DNA from: an uncultured delta proteobacterium
GTDB lineage: Bacteria; Myxococcota; B64-G9
Direction: 5' to 3'
Assembly (NCBI GenBank): GCA_963754925.1
Contig: CAVWHX010000012.1
Location: 115,914-179,913 of the forward strand
Length of the DNA: 64,000 bases
Part shown: positions 10,311 through 19,787 of the stretch, piece by piece
Position numbering within the stretch: position 1 is the first letter of the stretch
How the letters are laid out: every line of letters begins with the position of its first letter
Notes under the pieces: model-generated
Seen by the model: the letters and a program-made list of their open reading frames with translations, nothing else
What the model was told of the DNA's origin: nothing
Database searches by the model: none
Translations under genes and position numbers: made by a program

Positions 10311-11972
10311 TCCCAGCGCTCCTCGCTAAAGCAGCGATCGTCGATGAAGAATCTTAGATCGTGCAGTTCGTCGTTCCAGAATTCGCCATCAAACGGGTAG
10401 TAGACTTGGCCACCGGTAAAGGGAATTTTTTCGCGGACCGCCTCGTGTTGGCTTGGCGTGCCCTTGACGCGTTTATAGATCGACAACCCAATCTCGTACT
10501 CAAGCAAATTCATCTGCTCATCGAATTCGAGCAACGACTCGGCCACCGCCCGGATGGCGCGGTCGAGCCGGTCTTTGAGCCGCCGATTGACTTCTTTTAT
10601 TTTCAACTCGTAAATCTTGGTCAGGTGTGCCGACAGACCGTTTCCTTGCCATTGACTCTCGTAACTTTCCAACAGACCCAACTCGGTATCCAGCTGCTTT
10701 TGGAAGGCGCTTATCTCGATCAAAGCCGGATCCTGCAACGCGGCGTCAAGCAAAACATCGTTTTTTTCCAACTCCACCCGGTTGTAAATGGCGCTCAACG
10801 CATCCCCGTAGTATTGACGGAACTCCGCCACCGCGTCCTTTGCCACGTTATAGTGGCAGAGGTTGGTATACATCAGCGCCTTGAGCACGTACTTTTCAGG
10901 GTTGAAGTAGCGATAGAACGCGGGCGCTTCTAGGGCATAGAGCAGTCCCATGGCTCGCCGGTAGTTTTTAAGGTCAGTATTGGATCCAGGCTTCCTCTAA
11001 AAAGACGGCGGCTTGCTTCTCTATCGGCGAATCGACGGTTTCGTACATGTTATAGGCTTCTTTGTATTTCTTTTGCTCGAACAGGATACGAGCCAAACTC
11101 TGGCGCGCGTTGTTGATCACGTCGGATTGTTTGATGTTCGAGTCGAGGATCTCCCCTAACATCTTGATGGCGGTGTCTGGGTCGAATTTAACCAACCCAT
11201 AGATCGCCTTGATGTAGCGCGCTTTGTATTCATAATACGTATCTTTGCGGATATTGGAAAAGTGCTTCTCGCCCCAATCGATAAACCCGTTCTGATAATC
11301 CAGATAACCTTGGTAGTATTCAACAAAATCGCGCAAATCATCCCGCAGGTAGCCGAAAGAGGTATCGTAGATTAGATCTTTCAGGATCAACTCTTGATCG
11401 AAGGGGCCCTGGCGGGTGATGCGTTCGAGCTCGGTCAACGCATCGGGCAGCAGTTCAGCTTTGGTGCGGTTTTTGGCCACGTTGAAGAGATATTCGGCCG
11501 TGGCATGGGTAAACCCCAGCTCCTTGAGCGACATCGCCAAAAAATACTCGGCGTAGCCATAGTTTTCCGCGCCGGGTTCATTGCTGCCGAGGTAGTCCCA
11601 GAGCCGCTGGCAAGCTTTCGCGTAGCTTTTGTTGTAAAAAAGTCGAACGCCTTCGTCGAATACCTCGGGGCCGGCCTTTTCCAGCGGGACTTCCGGGCCC
11701 TTGACATCCTTCAGGTCGGCTGTACCCGCATTTGTTTTCGTTACGGGCGCTGGAGCCGGCGCCGGCGCTTTTTTAGTGTCCTTGGATTCTTGCTCCGACC
11801 CGGCAGGGTTTCCTTGGCTCGCTGGCTGCACCCCTCCGGCACCTGTCGCCATCATCAGCAGCAATGCGAGAGATGGTAGCAAGCGAAGCGTTGAACACAA
11901 TCTCTTGTCCCCTCGAGCAAAGCGAGAGGGGGCTAGGCTTAGGAACCACCCCGTAAATCGTATAATACGCAT
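10307..11972 (-). CDS. GltC-like TPR protein, frameshifted near 10976
   Basis: ORFs 10974-11972 and 10307-10951 join (EEAWIQY / DLKNYRRAMGLLYAL); GltC-like YFNPEKYVLKALMYTNLCHY and C-terminal YYPFDGEFWNDEL...C motif; SD AAGGAG. Confidence 0.75.
11869..11931. repeat. Degenerate palindromic repeat inside the N-terminal coding region of the gltC-like gene
   Basis: Reverse complement of 11869-11910 matches intergenic 31420-31461 at 36/42 nt; adjacent small hairpin CCCCTC...GAGGGG (11909-11931). Confidence 0.75.
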
Positions 11973-11993
11973 GGCCTAGCTCCTTTGTTTCCT

Positions 11994-12767
11994 TTACAAA
12001 TTAACCGACAGCATCAAACCCACCAGCAGCATTTGTTTCAAAGGGCAGCCCACATCCAGGTCACTACTACCTGCGTTCCTTTGAAAACCTAATAAAGAAA
12101 CCGTGTCCCTGATATCCACCCGAATCGACCAGGTCGGGTCTATCCAAACACGAAAGCCCACCCCTGCATTAAGACCGATCTCGAAGCGATCAACTTTTTC
12201 ACCGAACCCTAACGCACCGATATTAAATGGGTTCCTATAAACAAATGCGGCTCCACCGGTAACAAACAACTCAAAATGCACCACTACCCGATTGAGGAAA
12301 GACTGCTTGCCATACAGCACATTCAATACCAGGTTGGTATTTTCAAAAAAGACCACCGCCGGAAAGTCCTCGGGCTTTGCCACTGGACTGGTATTCAACA
12401 GTTTACTTTTAAGGCTGGTATCGATATTGTAACTCCACCCGAATCGAAAAAGCTCAAGCGCTACCACCGGGCTAAAATGAATGGTGTAGCCGACTTGCAA
12501 ACCATAACCTTTGTAGTACGCATCCAGCGGCAGGTAAGCCCACCCCAACGAAAGCTCGTGCTTCATTTTAAACTTCCGGCTTTGTATCGGTCCGTAGGCA
12601 CTTTGCTCTTGGTAATTCTGTGTCATTTCCTCCGATGGCTGCTGGAGCGCGGGCGAATTCGTATCGCGGTTCGGCGCATCCTGTCCGGCCGCTACCGTGG
12701 CAAGCAGCGCCATGAAAAACCCCACAGCCCAAGCTCCCACTATCCGAAGGGATGCGTCGTTCCTCAT
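11994..12767 (-). CDS. Myxobacterial outer-membrane beta-barrel protein (GltA/GltB-like)
   Basis: Signal peptide; IQSRKFKMKHELSL, PLDAYY, LYGKQSF, GVGFRVW, IRVDIRD motifs of the GltA/B/H barrel family. Confidence 0.82.
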   Translation of the reverse strand: MRNDASLRIVGAWAVGFFMALLATVAAGQDAPNRDTNSPALQQPSEEMTQNYQEQSAYGPIQSRKFKMKHELSLGWAYLPLDAYYKGYGLQVGYTIHFSPVVALELFRFGWSYNIDTSLKSKLLNTSPVAKPEDFPAVVFFENTNLVLNVLYGKQSFLNRVVVHFELFVTGGAAFVYRNPFNIGALGFGEKVDRFEIGLNAGVGFRVWIDPTWSIRVDIRDTVSLLGFQRNAGSSDLDVGCPLKQMLLVGLMLSVNL

Positions 12768-13465
12768 GGCGTCACCTCCGCATCCGGCTCGATTCTTTGA
12801 ATTTTCACTTCGTCGGCAAAGGCGTTGTAACAGATACCTATCCCAAAGTAGAGCGTGCTGGTGACATTATTGCCATTTCCGATGTCCAGGTATTCACGTA
12901 CCTCTAAGCGCACCGAAAATTTATTATTCAAGTAGATGCGCATGCCTACGCCAACATCGATGTCCGGGGACCAACCGATTTGATACTTCTGGGTGCCAAC
13001 CCCAACCAAAAAATACCCCTCGCCATACATCACACGCCCATTCAAAAGCGCCAACTTGCCATAAAGCGGTTTGATCATTAAGTTGGTATCCAGCATCATA
13101 TCGAGACGCGGGGTTTGGGTCGGGGTTTCTTCCCATTGTTTAAGGCCACCCTTCAATCCGGTATCAACACTCAGGTATTCGGTGAAGGTGAAGTGAACGG
13201 CTTCCCACGCCCAAATATTATTGAAGTGAAAAACATACTGTCCACTGAGGCCAAAGTATTTATAGAAAGCATCCAGTGGCAAAAACGCCAACGAAAAAGC
13301 AAATTCGTGGTTCATTCTGTAGGTGCGCGTTTGAATAGCGTATACATTCCCGTATTCAAGGTCTTCGTCCGCTTTCGCTTGCGTAATAGTGCAAAGAAGT
13401 AAGGCGCATCCCAAGAAGACCGTTGCGGCGCAATAATTTTTGAACCTACCACCAGAAGGGTGCAT
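12764..13465 (-). CDS. Myxobacterial outer-membrane beta-barrel protein (GltA/GltB-like), paralog of neighbour
   Basis: AIQTRTYRMNHEF, PLDAFY, PLYGKLAL, GVGMRIY, VRLEVRE; 4-nt overlap with downstream paralog. Confidence 0.82.
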   Translation of the reverse strand: MHPSGGRFKNYCAATVFLGCALLLCTITQAKADEDLEYGNVYAIQTRTYRMNHEFAFSLAFLPLDAFYKYFGLSGQYVFHFNNIWAWEAVHFTFTEYLSVDTGLKGGLKQWEETPTQTPRLDMMLDTNLMIKPLYGKLALLNGRVMYGEGYFLVGVGTQKYQIGWSPDIDVGVGMRIYLNNKFSVRLEVREYLDIGNGNNVTSTLYFGIGICYNAFADEVKIQRIEPDAEVTP

Positions 13466-13490
13466 ATGACCCTCCTATTTGTTTCCGCGG

Positions 13491-15884
13491 TCAGAACCCC
13501 ACGGAGTTGAAGATGAATGGATATGACACTACAACTATTCCTCCCTTGGGGAGCGGGAACCGCCACTCTTTGATCTTGGCCGAGACACACATGGCAACAT
13601 CTGCTGACTGCAAGGAGTTGAACGCCGTTTTCACTACGCTGACCGAGCCGGCCGTCGTTATGGTCCACTCCATGATCACCTTGCCGGCAAGACTTGGGTT
13701 CAACAACAGGTTCTTTTCGTAACAATATTGGATTTCGCGCAGGTGTTGGTTGACGACCTTGGCGATCTCCTCCCGGTTGAGAAAGCCTTGCACCTTCATC
13801 AAATGGCTCGGCGCTTTGAAAACCACCGCACCGACACCGCGCTTGCCCGTCATCCCGCCGGTCAAGGCTCCCGGTCCGATCGAATCTTTTCCGCCGCGCA
13901 ATAAATCAATGTCGGTTTTCACCCCAAGGCCCTGGCCGCGAGAAAGTAAGACGCTGGATGTTGGCAGCTTGGTCACCACCCCGGACACCTTGAAGCGCGC
14001 TTCACCGCCGGGCACCCGAACCGCATCGAGGTTGGAGACGGCCGCCACAATATTAGTGGCGGTCTTTTTCTGCTGGAGGTTGCCCAACGCCGCCAACATA
14101 CCTGCGCCAGCCGAGGTTTCTTGCTTCACCTGTGGCGCCCCGGCGGTCCGTTCGGGTTTGTTGGTTTTAACCGGTTTGGGAATTTCTTTCGTCGGCTTTT
14201 TCTCTTCGGGTTTAGGTTCAGCCGGCTTGAGTTGATCAAGAGGAATTTCCGGCTCTTCCTTCTTGGGGATTTCGATATCCTTGAGATCGATCTTGGCAAA
14301 GCGCTCTCGGTTGTCGCTTGATACCGCCTCTCCCCCAACGCCGGCGATGATACCGAGAATCAACGCCACCATGAGGTGCAGTATCGCTGAAGACCCGAGG
14401 CTTCTCATAAAAACCGGGTCTGGCTTGAACGATTTAACCGGCGGCAGTTTGGGCGGATACACAAAGCGCAGAAAAAAACCGCCCTCAGGAGTATTGATAT
14501 TTGCATAATCACCCTTACCAAGCTTACAGGCGAAGACCGGCTCGCCGTCGCGGGTATCTATCTGGTAGGTCTGCGTCTTGATATCATTGAGCGGCACGGT
14601 TCGACCATCGATGATCAATCCCCCGGTAAAGCCATTGGTAAAGCGCAACCTGCCCGAACCCTGCGATTCATGAGTCACCAACACAAAGCGCTTGGGACTG
14701 ATTCGATACTTCTTTCTCGGCAGAACCTGATCGTACTGCTCCACACGCTTATCTCGATCATAGCCAATCACCTCGAGAACCAGGGTCGGTTCGGTCGACA
14801 TGGCCGGCTTTTCGAAGGTCTCCTTCACCAGATTATTAAGGAGTGAGAACGGCTCAATGAACGCCGCGTCTTCCGCCTCGTCATCGTCCTCTTCTGCCGT
14901 TTTAGTCGCCATGGACTGGGGCGGCGTTTGTACCGCCAAGGTCGGCTCGTTTTCCAACAGCGGCAGCTCCAGATCAATCTTCTTGGGCCTCAACGGCGCC
15001 GCCTCTGGCACGGAGGGGATCGCAGCAGGCTTACGGTCAGGTGGCGGCACGGCCTTCAGGTTCCCGTATGCGCCACGTTTTCGCTCTAGCTCAAGCTCAT
15101 TGGCCAGATCGGAGAAGTCCTCGGATTTAACGTGTTGAGCCGGAGAGGCCCGTTCGGGCGCGACGCGCACGGTGAAATCTTCTTCCGCCAATGACAGATC
15201 CGGCGTGACCTCAAGCCGGCTGCTCCCGAGATCAGACCAGTCGTCGTCAGCCCGACTGGAGCGATCGCCAACCCCGAGCACGGGCGCCATCGATCGCTTG
15301 GTCGGCAGCTCATCGGATGGCGGCTGCGCTTCCTGGCTTGGCGGCTGTATTCGCGGTGGCCCCGCTGTGGAGGATTTGGCGGCCATGCGCGGTGTCGTGT
15401 CGATCCGCAAAGGGGATTCCATAAGCTGCTCGGTTTCTTCCTCAAGCGCCAGGTCAGAAGGGTCGTGTCCCGCCCTGCGGTCGTCCGTGCGAGAGGGTGC
15501 TTCGCGCTTGTTCCGCGAGAGCACCTTGAACTTCAACACAAACGAACCTATCGAGACTTCATCGGCGCTCTTAACCAAACAACGCTGAATCGCCACGCCA
15601 TTGACATACGTGCCATTAGAGCTATTGAGATCTTCAAGCAACAAGCCTTCTGGCGTGAGCTGAACGCTGGCGTGCGTCCGCGAGATTTGATCGTCGTCTA
15701 ACTCAAGATCAACGTCCGGATTGCGGCCCATGACAATCCGCTGCTGGGCAAAGCATTCTGTCCCGAAGAACCGACCTTCCCGAAAAATAAATACCTGCAG
15801 CACGGTCGGCTCAACGCGGCTTTGAGACTCGCGACTCATCAACACTCCACTCGGCGGCGGATGAACCACCGCCCTCCTTCTCAT
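13491..15884 (-). CDS. GltG/PglI-like protein: FHA domain, disordered linker, TM helix, TonB-like AgmX/PglI C-terminal domain
   Basis: FHA motifs MGRN...ISRTHA...DLNSSNGTYVNG; single TM; Pro/Lys-rich periplasmic stretch; C-terminal IQYCYEKNLLLNPSLAGKV...FPLPKGGIVVVSYPFIF. Alternative start 15839. Confidence 0.88.
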   Translation of the reverse strand: MRRRAVVHPPPSGVLMSRESQSRVEPTVLQVFIFREGRFFGTECFAQQRIVMGRNPDVDLELDDDQISRTHASVQLTPEGLLLEDLNSSNGTYVNGVAIQRCLVKSADEVSIGSFVLKFKVLSRNKREAPSRTDDRRAGHDPSDLALEEETEQLMESPLRIDTTPRMAAKSSTAGPPRIQPPSQEAQPPSDELPTKRSMAPVLGVGDRSSRADDDWSDLGSSRLEVTPDLSLAEEDFTVRVAPERASPAQHVKSEDFSDLANELELERKRGAYGNLKAVPPPDRKPAAIPSVPEAAPLRPKKIDLELPLLENEPTLAVQTPPQSMATKTAEEDDDEAEDAAFIEPFSLLNNLVKETFEKPAMSTEPTLVLEVIGYDRDKRVEQYDQVLPRKKYRISPKRFVLVTHESQGSGRLRFTNGFTGGLIIDGRTVPLNDIKTQTYQIDTRDGEPVFACKLGKGDYANINTPEGGFFLRFVYPPKLPPVKSFKPDPVFMRSLGSSAILHLMVALILGIIAGVGGEAVSSDNRERFAKIDLKDIEIPKKEEPEIPLDQLKPAEPKPEEKKPTKEIPKPVKTNKPERTAGAPQVKQETSAGAGMLAALGNLQQKKTATNIVAAVSNLDAVRVPGGEARFKVSGVVTKLPTSSVLLSRGQGLGVKTDIDLLRGGKDSIGPGALTGGMTGKRGVGAVVFKAPSHLMKVQGFLNREEIAKVVNQHLREIQYCYEKNLLLNPSLAGKVIMEWTITTAGSVSVVKTAFNSLQSADVAMCVSAKIKEWRFPLPKGGIVVVSYPFIFNSVGF

Positions 15885-15923
15885 GTATCGTGTAGCTGGG
15901 GCTTATCCCCAGCCGCCCTACAC

Positions 15924-16448
15924 CTATTTATCCGGAAATGCCGTCCGGATGATCTCGTCCCTGAAACTCGTCCGACGCTTGACCATGCTCTTGAGCTCGG
16001 TATCCTTGCGTTCGAGCACCTGAACTTCGCCAGCTTTGGTTGTCTGGCCCTTGATCAATTGGGCGTCAAACTCAATTCGGCTGCTGCCGGACAACCCGGC
16101 GCCGGGCGAAGGCGCTGCTTGCGGAAGCGGTTCTCGAACCGGGACCGGTTCAGGAACAGCCGTTGGCTTGTTGGGAGGCTGGGGCGCCGGTTTCTTCACC
16201 GGCGCCGTTTTACGTCGTGCTGGCGGGCGCGCTGCCGCGACCATCGGCTGGTCCGCTGAGTACTGCGCAGCGACCAACGCATCCGAACTAAAAACGCCAA
16301 ACCACAACAACATAAAAAATACGTTGAACGGGTGGCATCGAGCAGGGGGCCCCCCGCCGGCGCGGAACATCGTGAGCACCGCCGGGGGATGCGAGATGGC
16401 AGGCCCCGTTCGAAATTCAATCCGAGGATTATGCTTCAAGCTCAGCAT
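15924..16448 (-). CDS. GltF/CglF-like small exported protein
   Basis: C-terminal IEFDAQLIKGQTTKAGEVQVLERK...SMVKRRTSFRDEII resembles GltF; immediately upstream of the gltG-like gene; GGAGG SD before ATG 16448. Confidence 0.7.
   Translation of the reverse strand: MLSLKHNPRIEFRTGPAISHPPAVLTMFRAGGGPPARCHPFNVFFMLLWFGVFSSDALVAAQYSADQPMVAAARPPARRKTAPVKKPAPQPPNKPTAVPEPVPVREPLPQAAPSPGAGLSGSSRIEFDAQLIKGQTTKAGEVQVLERKDTELKSMVKRRTSFRDEIIRTAFPDK
16326..16411. repeat. Long imperfect palindrome within the 5' coding region of the gltF-like gene
   Basis: Nested stems: GAACGGG/CCCGTTC (7/7), CATCGAGCA/TGCGAGATG (7/9), CCCCCGCCGGCGC/GCACCGCCGGGGG (11/13). Confidence 0.55.
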
Positions 16449-16466
16449 CAGTTCCTCCAACACCGC

Positions 16467-16961
16467 CTACTGTCTGGCAACCGCAAAACGGAAATTAGGA
16501 ATCCCCGCCATGCCGCAGGTTTTCATTACCGTTGCCACGATGTCAGATTTCAAACGTTTATCGGCCGCCAGTAAGATTGCCGATTTGTCTAATTTCAAGC
16601 GGTTGGTCTTTTCCTGTTCCAGGATCTTCATAACCACGTTGTACAGGGGGACGATCTTGCCGTTATCCAAATATTTCTCAGCAATTTTGCCATCCTGTAA
16701 AGCCACCACCTCAAGGTTCTCAACTTTGATGGAGTCGACATTGATGGTCACGGTCATCGTAATTACTAACCCTTTTTCTGATGTTGAAGCAGGCAGATCC
16801 ACACCCTCAACGGTATTGGCCTGGGATTTATAGCCAAGCAACAGAAAAAAGAGCAGGCAGGTAAGAATGTCAATCATAGGCGTAAGGTTTATGAACAGCT
16901 CATCTTTTCCAACGCCGCTAGCACCAGCCATTTGTTGCTCCTTTTGCCGCCAGATGTTCAC
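16467..16961 (-). CDS. ExbD/TolR-family motor subunit (AglS-like)
   Basis: INLTPMIDILTCLLFFLL with conserved proton-path Asp; C-terminal LAADKRL...VMKTCGMAG...FRFAV. Confidence 0.9.
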   Translation of the reverse strand: MNIWRQKEQQMAGASGVGKDELFINLTPMIDILTCLLFFLLLGYKSQANTVEGVDLPASTSEKGLVITMTVTINVDSIKVENLEVVALQDGKIAEKYLDNGKIVPLYNVVMKILEQEKTNRLKLDKSAILLAADKRLKSDIVATVMKTCGMAGIPNFRFAVARQ

Positions 16962-17497
16962 TTGACCAACGTAGAAACCACCGCCGCCGGAAAGAGCGGA
17001 TGCCGAATGCTCCGTTTTCCCACGATTTCCTCGCGCTCGCGCGATGCGTCTAACGTCTTAATCAGCACTTCGTAAGGAATATCCGGCTCGGGAACAATCA
17101 CCACCGAGTCCGATTCTTTGAAGCGCTGTTTGAGATCCGTTAGATGATCGGTAACACCTTTATAGTCATAACCCGTTGCGGTAAGTGCGAAACTTTTTTG
17201 TAGTTTTTTGAGCTCGGTTTCGCTGAGTTTGTCGGAACTGGCCGAAACCACGAACCCTTTTTCAGAAATTGATATCGTAACCGTAATTTTAGTGACCTTG
17301 TCGGGCTCGGTTTGATCGTTGGCGTCACCCAACGCCGGAACAGTCGCGTTTATCAGTGCGATGATGACCGCCCCGAAACTCAACAAGAGAAAGAAGAGAA
17401 GGCAGGTGAGGATGTCAATCAACGGGGTCACGTTGAGAAAGACCGACCCTTGTTCTTCTACATCGTGTATGAATGAGCCCTGTCGTTGACTAAACAT
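16958..17497 (-). CDS. ExbD/TolR-family motor subunit (AglQ-like)
   Basis: LNVTPLIDILTCLLFFLL with Asp; VVIVPEPDIPYEVLIKTLDASRE...LFP typical of AglQ-like proteins. Confidence 0.9.
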   Translation of the reverse strand: MFSQRQGSFIHDVEEQGSVFLNVTPLIDILTCLLFFLLLSFGAVIIALINATVPALGDANDQTEPDKVTKITVTISISEKGFVVSASSDKLSETELKKLQKSFALTATGYDYKGVTDHLTDLKQRFKESDSVVIVPEPDIPYEVLIKTLDASREREEIVGKRSIRHPLFPAAVVSTLVK

Positions 17498-17546
17498 TAG
17501 ACCTCATAAAAAATACCACGTTGAGTTGCATTCGCGTCCTGGTCTG

Positions 17547-17582
17547 CCTTTTCTCCCGCTCGCGGGAAGATTGGGATGAGGG
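17547..17582. repeat. Degenerate REP-like element
   Basis: CCTTTTCTCCCGCTCGCGGGAAGATTGGGATGAGGG resembles the CCCTCTCCC...GGGAGAGGG(TTGGG)GTGAGGG palindromic repeat type; intergenic within the motor operon. Confidence 0.45.
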
Positions 17583-17584
17583 TG

Positions 17585-18685
17585 CTACTGCGCAGCCGAC
17601 CCACCCGCGGCTTCCTCTTGTTCTTTCTCGGCCATTTTCTTTACCCAGAGCTTGGCGAGCTGGCCTCCCTTACTCGGTTGCTTAGCCTGAACTGTTATAA
17701 ATCGGTAGAAGGCGGACTGTTGCTCTCCATACAGTCCGCCGACAAGTATATTGGCGACCGGGTCCTCTTCATAGGGATATGCCGCTTGCAGCGAGGCTTT
17801 GAGCATCATCTCGGGCTTTTTGTTTGCGAGGGCAATGACGAGCTCGGCATACACACTCCGCGGTCCTGCCTCGGCAGCGGTATAGCAACCTTGGTAGACT
17901 TTCAGCGTCGGCGCGAGATCCCGAGAGGACTCCGCGCAATCGCACAGCCCCCCAACCAGACTGCGAAAACTGTCAATGTCGGCGTCGTACAGCTGCTTCT
18001 GGGCGCTTTCTTCAATAGGGAAAGCCTTGGCGAACGGCTCGCAGGGACCGCCGTTTTTCCATATCACATACAAAAGAGCTGCCTTTCCCCACGGGCTGGT
18101 TTCCTTCTCGACAAACTGTTTTGCAATCGCCTTGTCATCAGCATCGAGGAGGCGGATAGCGGCTTTCACCTTCTCCTTGGTATCTGATTGCGGATCCTGC
18201 ATAGCGCTCAATGCAGAGAGCAAGGAGGGCGGATAGGCCGGGACCGTTCCGTTTGGATTGAATTTCTTGTCAAAGTCCCCAAAGGTTATATCGACATCAT
18301 CGAGCTTCCAACCTTCGGCGCTTTGCGCAAAAGGAATCGCCCCTTTGCCCATCGGAATGGTGATGAGCAAGAGACGCAGACGCCCACTGGGCGGCGGTTT
18401 GGTGGCTCCCCGGATCGTGATCTTGTCCATTTTTCCCGAGGCGGCCTCGGCAATGAACACCGCCGCCTTAGACATAAAGACATCCGGTTTTACAACACTC
18501 AAGGCGGCGGTGGTAAAGTGGTGGAGAAGCTGAAAAGCGTTTTCTGGTTTGGTCTGTTTGGCTTCTTCAACGAACGCCTGGTAGCGGCCGATAAGCGTCT
18601 GCAACTCGGTTTCACTCGCCTTGGGCATCCGCTCGAATTCGTCTCGACAACCGGTCAGGAGCAGAGACCCCGATGCAAACAGCAT
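17585..18685 (-). CDS. Uncharacterised lipoprotein inserted between the MotA-like and ExbD-like genes
   Basis: Lipobox LLTGC; N-terminal region ending WKLDD followed by a helical region with several Cys; co-oriented within the operon. Confidence 0.75.
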   Translation of the reverse strand: MLFASGSLLLTGCRDEFERMPKASETELQTLIGRYQAFVEEAKQTKPENAFQLLHHFTTAALSVVKPDVFMSKAAVFIAEAASGKMDKITIRGATKPPPSGRLRLLLITIPMGKGAIPFAQSAEGWKLDDVDITFGDFDKKFNPNGTVPAYPPSLLSALSAMQDPQSDTKEKVKAAIRLLDADDKAIAKQFVEKETSPWGKAALLYVIWKNGGPCEPFAKAFPIEESAQKQLYDADIDSFRSLVGGLCDCAESSRDLAPTLKVYQGCYTAAEAGPRSVYAELVIALANKKPEMMLKASLQAAYPYEEDPVANILVGGLYGEQQSAFYRFITVQAKQPSKGGQLAKLWVKKMAEKEQEEAAGGSAAQ

Positions 18686-18787
18686 AACGGTGACGAAAGC
18701 CCGAGCCTTCTCCTTTCCATACCCTCCGATCCGCGCTTTTTATTAACCACATCGCTTTCCACCTCACGGAATGTACTTCAAGTCAAC

Positions 18788-19433
18788 TTACTGCTGCGGG
18801 CTGACCGGAGGCTTGTTCTTGGCGCACAACAAATCGATCAACACGGTCCCAGCGTATTCAATCTTGGATAAGATCTTGTTTTGCTTTGAAGATAAGATTA
18901 AGTACAAAAGAATCATTACCACCGAGACAGAAAGGGCAAAGAACGTTGCGCGGAAAGCCAACGCGATACCTTTGGAGAGCGCCTCCTGGCGTTTCACCGC
19001 GTCGGCCGACTCCATGCCGCTAAAGGCGATGATCAGGCCGCGGATGGTTCCCAGCAACCCTAACAGAGTGGCCACGTTTGAGAGTTGCGGCAGCACGCCG
19101 AGTCCCCTTTTTAAGTTTAGGTAACTCGTCGGTGACCGCCATCTCCATTGAGCGCCGGATTTCCTTTTCTGACCGGTTGGCGCGCATTAATCCGGCCTTG
19201 AGAACGGCGGTCAACGGATGGGTCTTTGAATTGCATATCTGCAATGCTCGCGCGTAGTTGTTGGCCTCGACGCTCTTCATCACCATCTGGGTGATGTCAT
19301 CTTCCGACATGCGATACTTGAAGAAAAACAAGTACGCTTTACTGATGATCACCCCCAAGGCGAAGATAGATAGTGCTAAGATGGTGTACATGAAGGGGCC
19401 GCCTTCGTTGAACGTTTCCAGGTAGTCCATCAT
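18788..19433 (-). CDS. MotA/TolQ/ExbB proton-channel protein (AglR-like), frameshifted near 19106
   Basis: EGGPFMY N-terminus; NVATLLGLLGTIRGLIIAF and LSKGIALAFRATFFAL; removing one base from AAAAAGGGG joins ORFs 19020-19433 and 18788-19096; AGGAGG SD. Confidence 0.9.
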
Positions 19434-19727
19434 GGATCGTGTCCTCCTAGGCCATTCTTAACCGCTGGCAGTCACTCAAATTGCTGAAGGTCATGCTGAA
19501 AATACCTTTACATTCAGCTAGTTTTGTACGCTACCGACCGTGCCCCATACGCATTCATTGAATGTCCCCTCAACGTCCTAAGATTAGATAATTTGACGAA
19601 ATTTGGCAAGTTTTCTCCCATGTTTTAAGGCGATTTTTTTCAACAAATTCAACTTTTTTCTTTGAAATAGCAAAAAAAACAATTGACAAGGGAAACGTTA
19701 TTTTATGCCGTTTTTTTTATGCAAAGA

Positions 19728-19762
19728 GGGAACGGACCCCAGAGTTACTGCGGCCCGTTCCC
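19728..19762 (-). terminator. Stem-loop downstream of the mtsC-like gene (putative intrinsic terminator)
   Basis: Minus strand GGGAACGGGCCGCAG-taact-CTGGGGTCCGTTCCC then TCTTT, 25 nt after the stop. Confidence 0.55.
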
Positions 19763-19787
19763 ATTGCGCTGGTTACCGATTGTCAGA

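Noticed and set aside
10974..10976. TGA in the gltC-like gene as selenocysteine or readthrough
   Set aside because: The downstream homologous sequence is in a different frame, so it is an indel rather than recoding.
18685..18730. Possible further frameshift giving an upstream start (ATG 18720) for the lipoprotein
   Set aside because: It would give a better n-region (MEKEKARAF...) but cannot be supported without homologs or reads.
16467..19433. Ordinary ExbBD-TonB or Tol-Pal system
   Set aside because: No TonB-dependent receptor, tolB or pal; two ExbD paralogs plus GltF/G/C/D-like and myxobacterial barrel genes indicate an Agl-Glt-type system.
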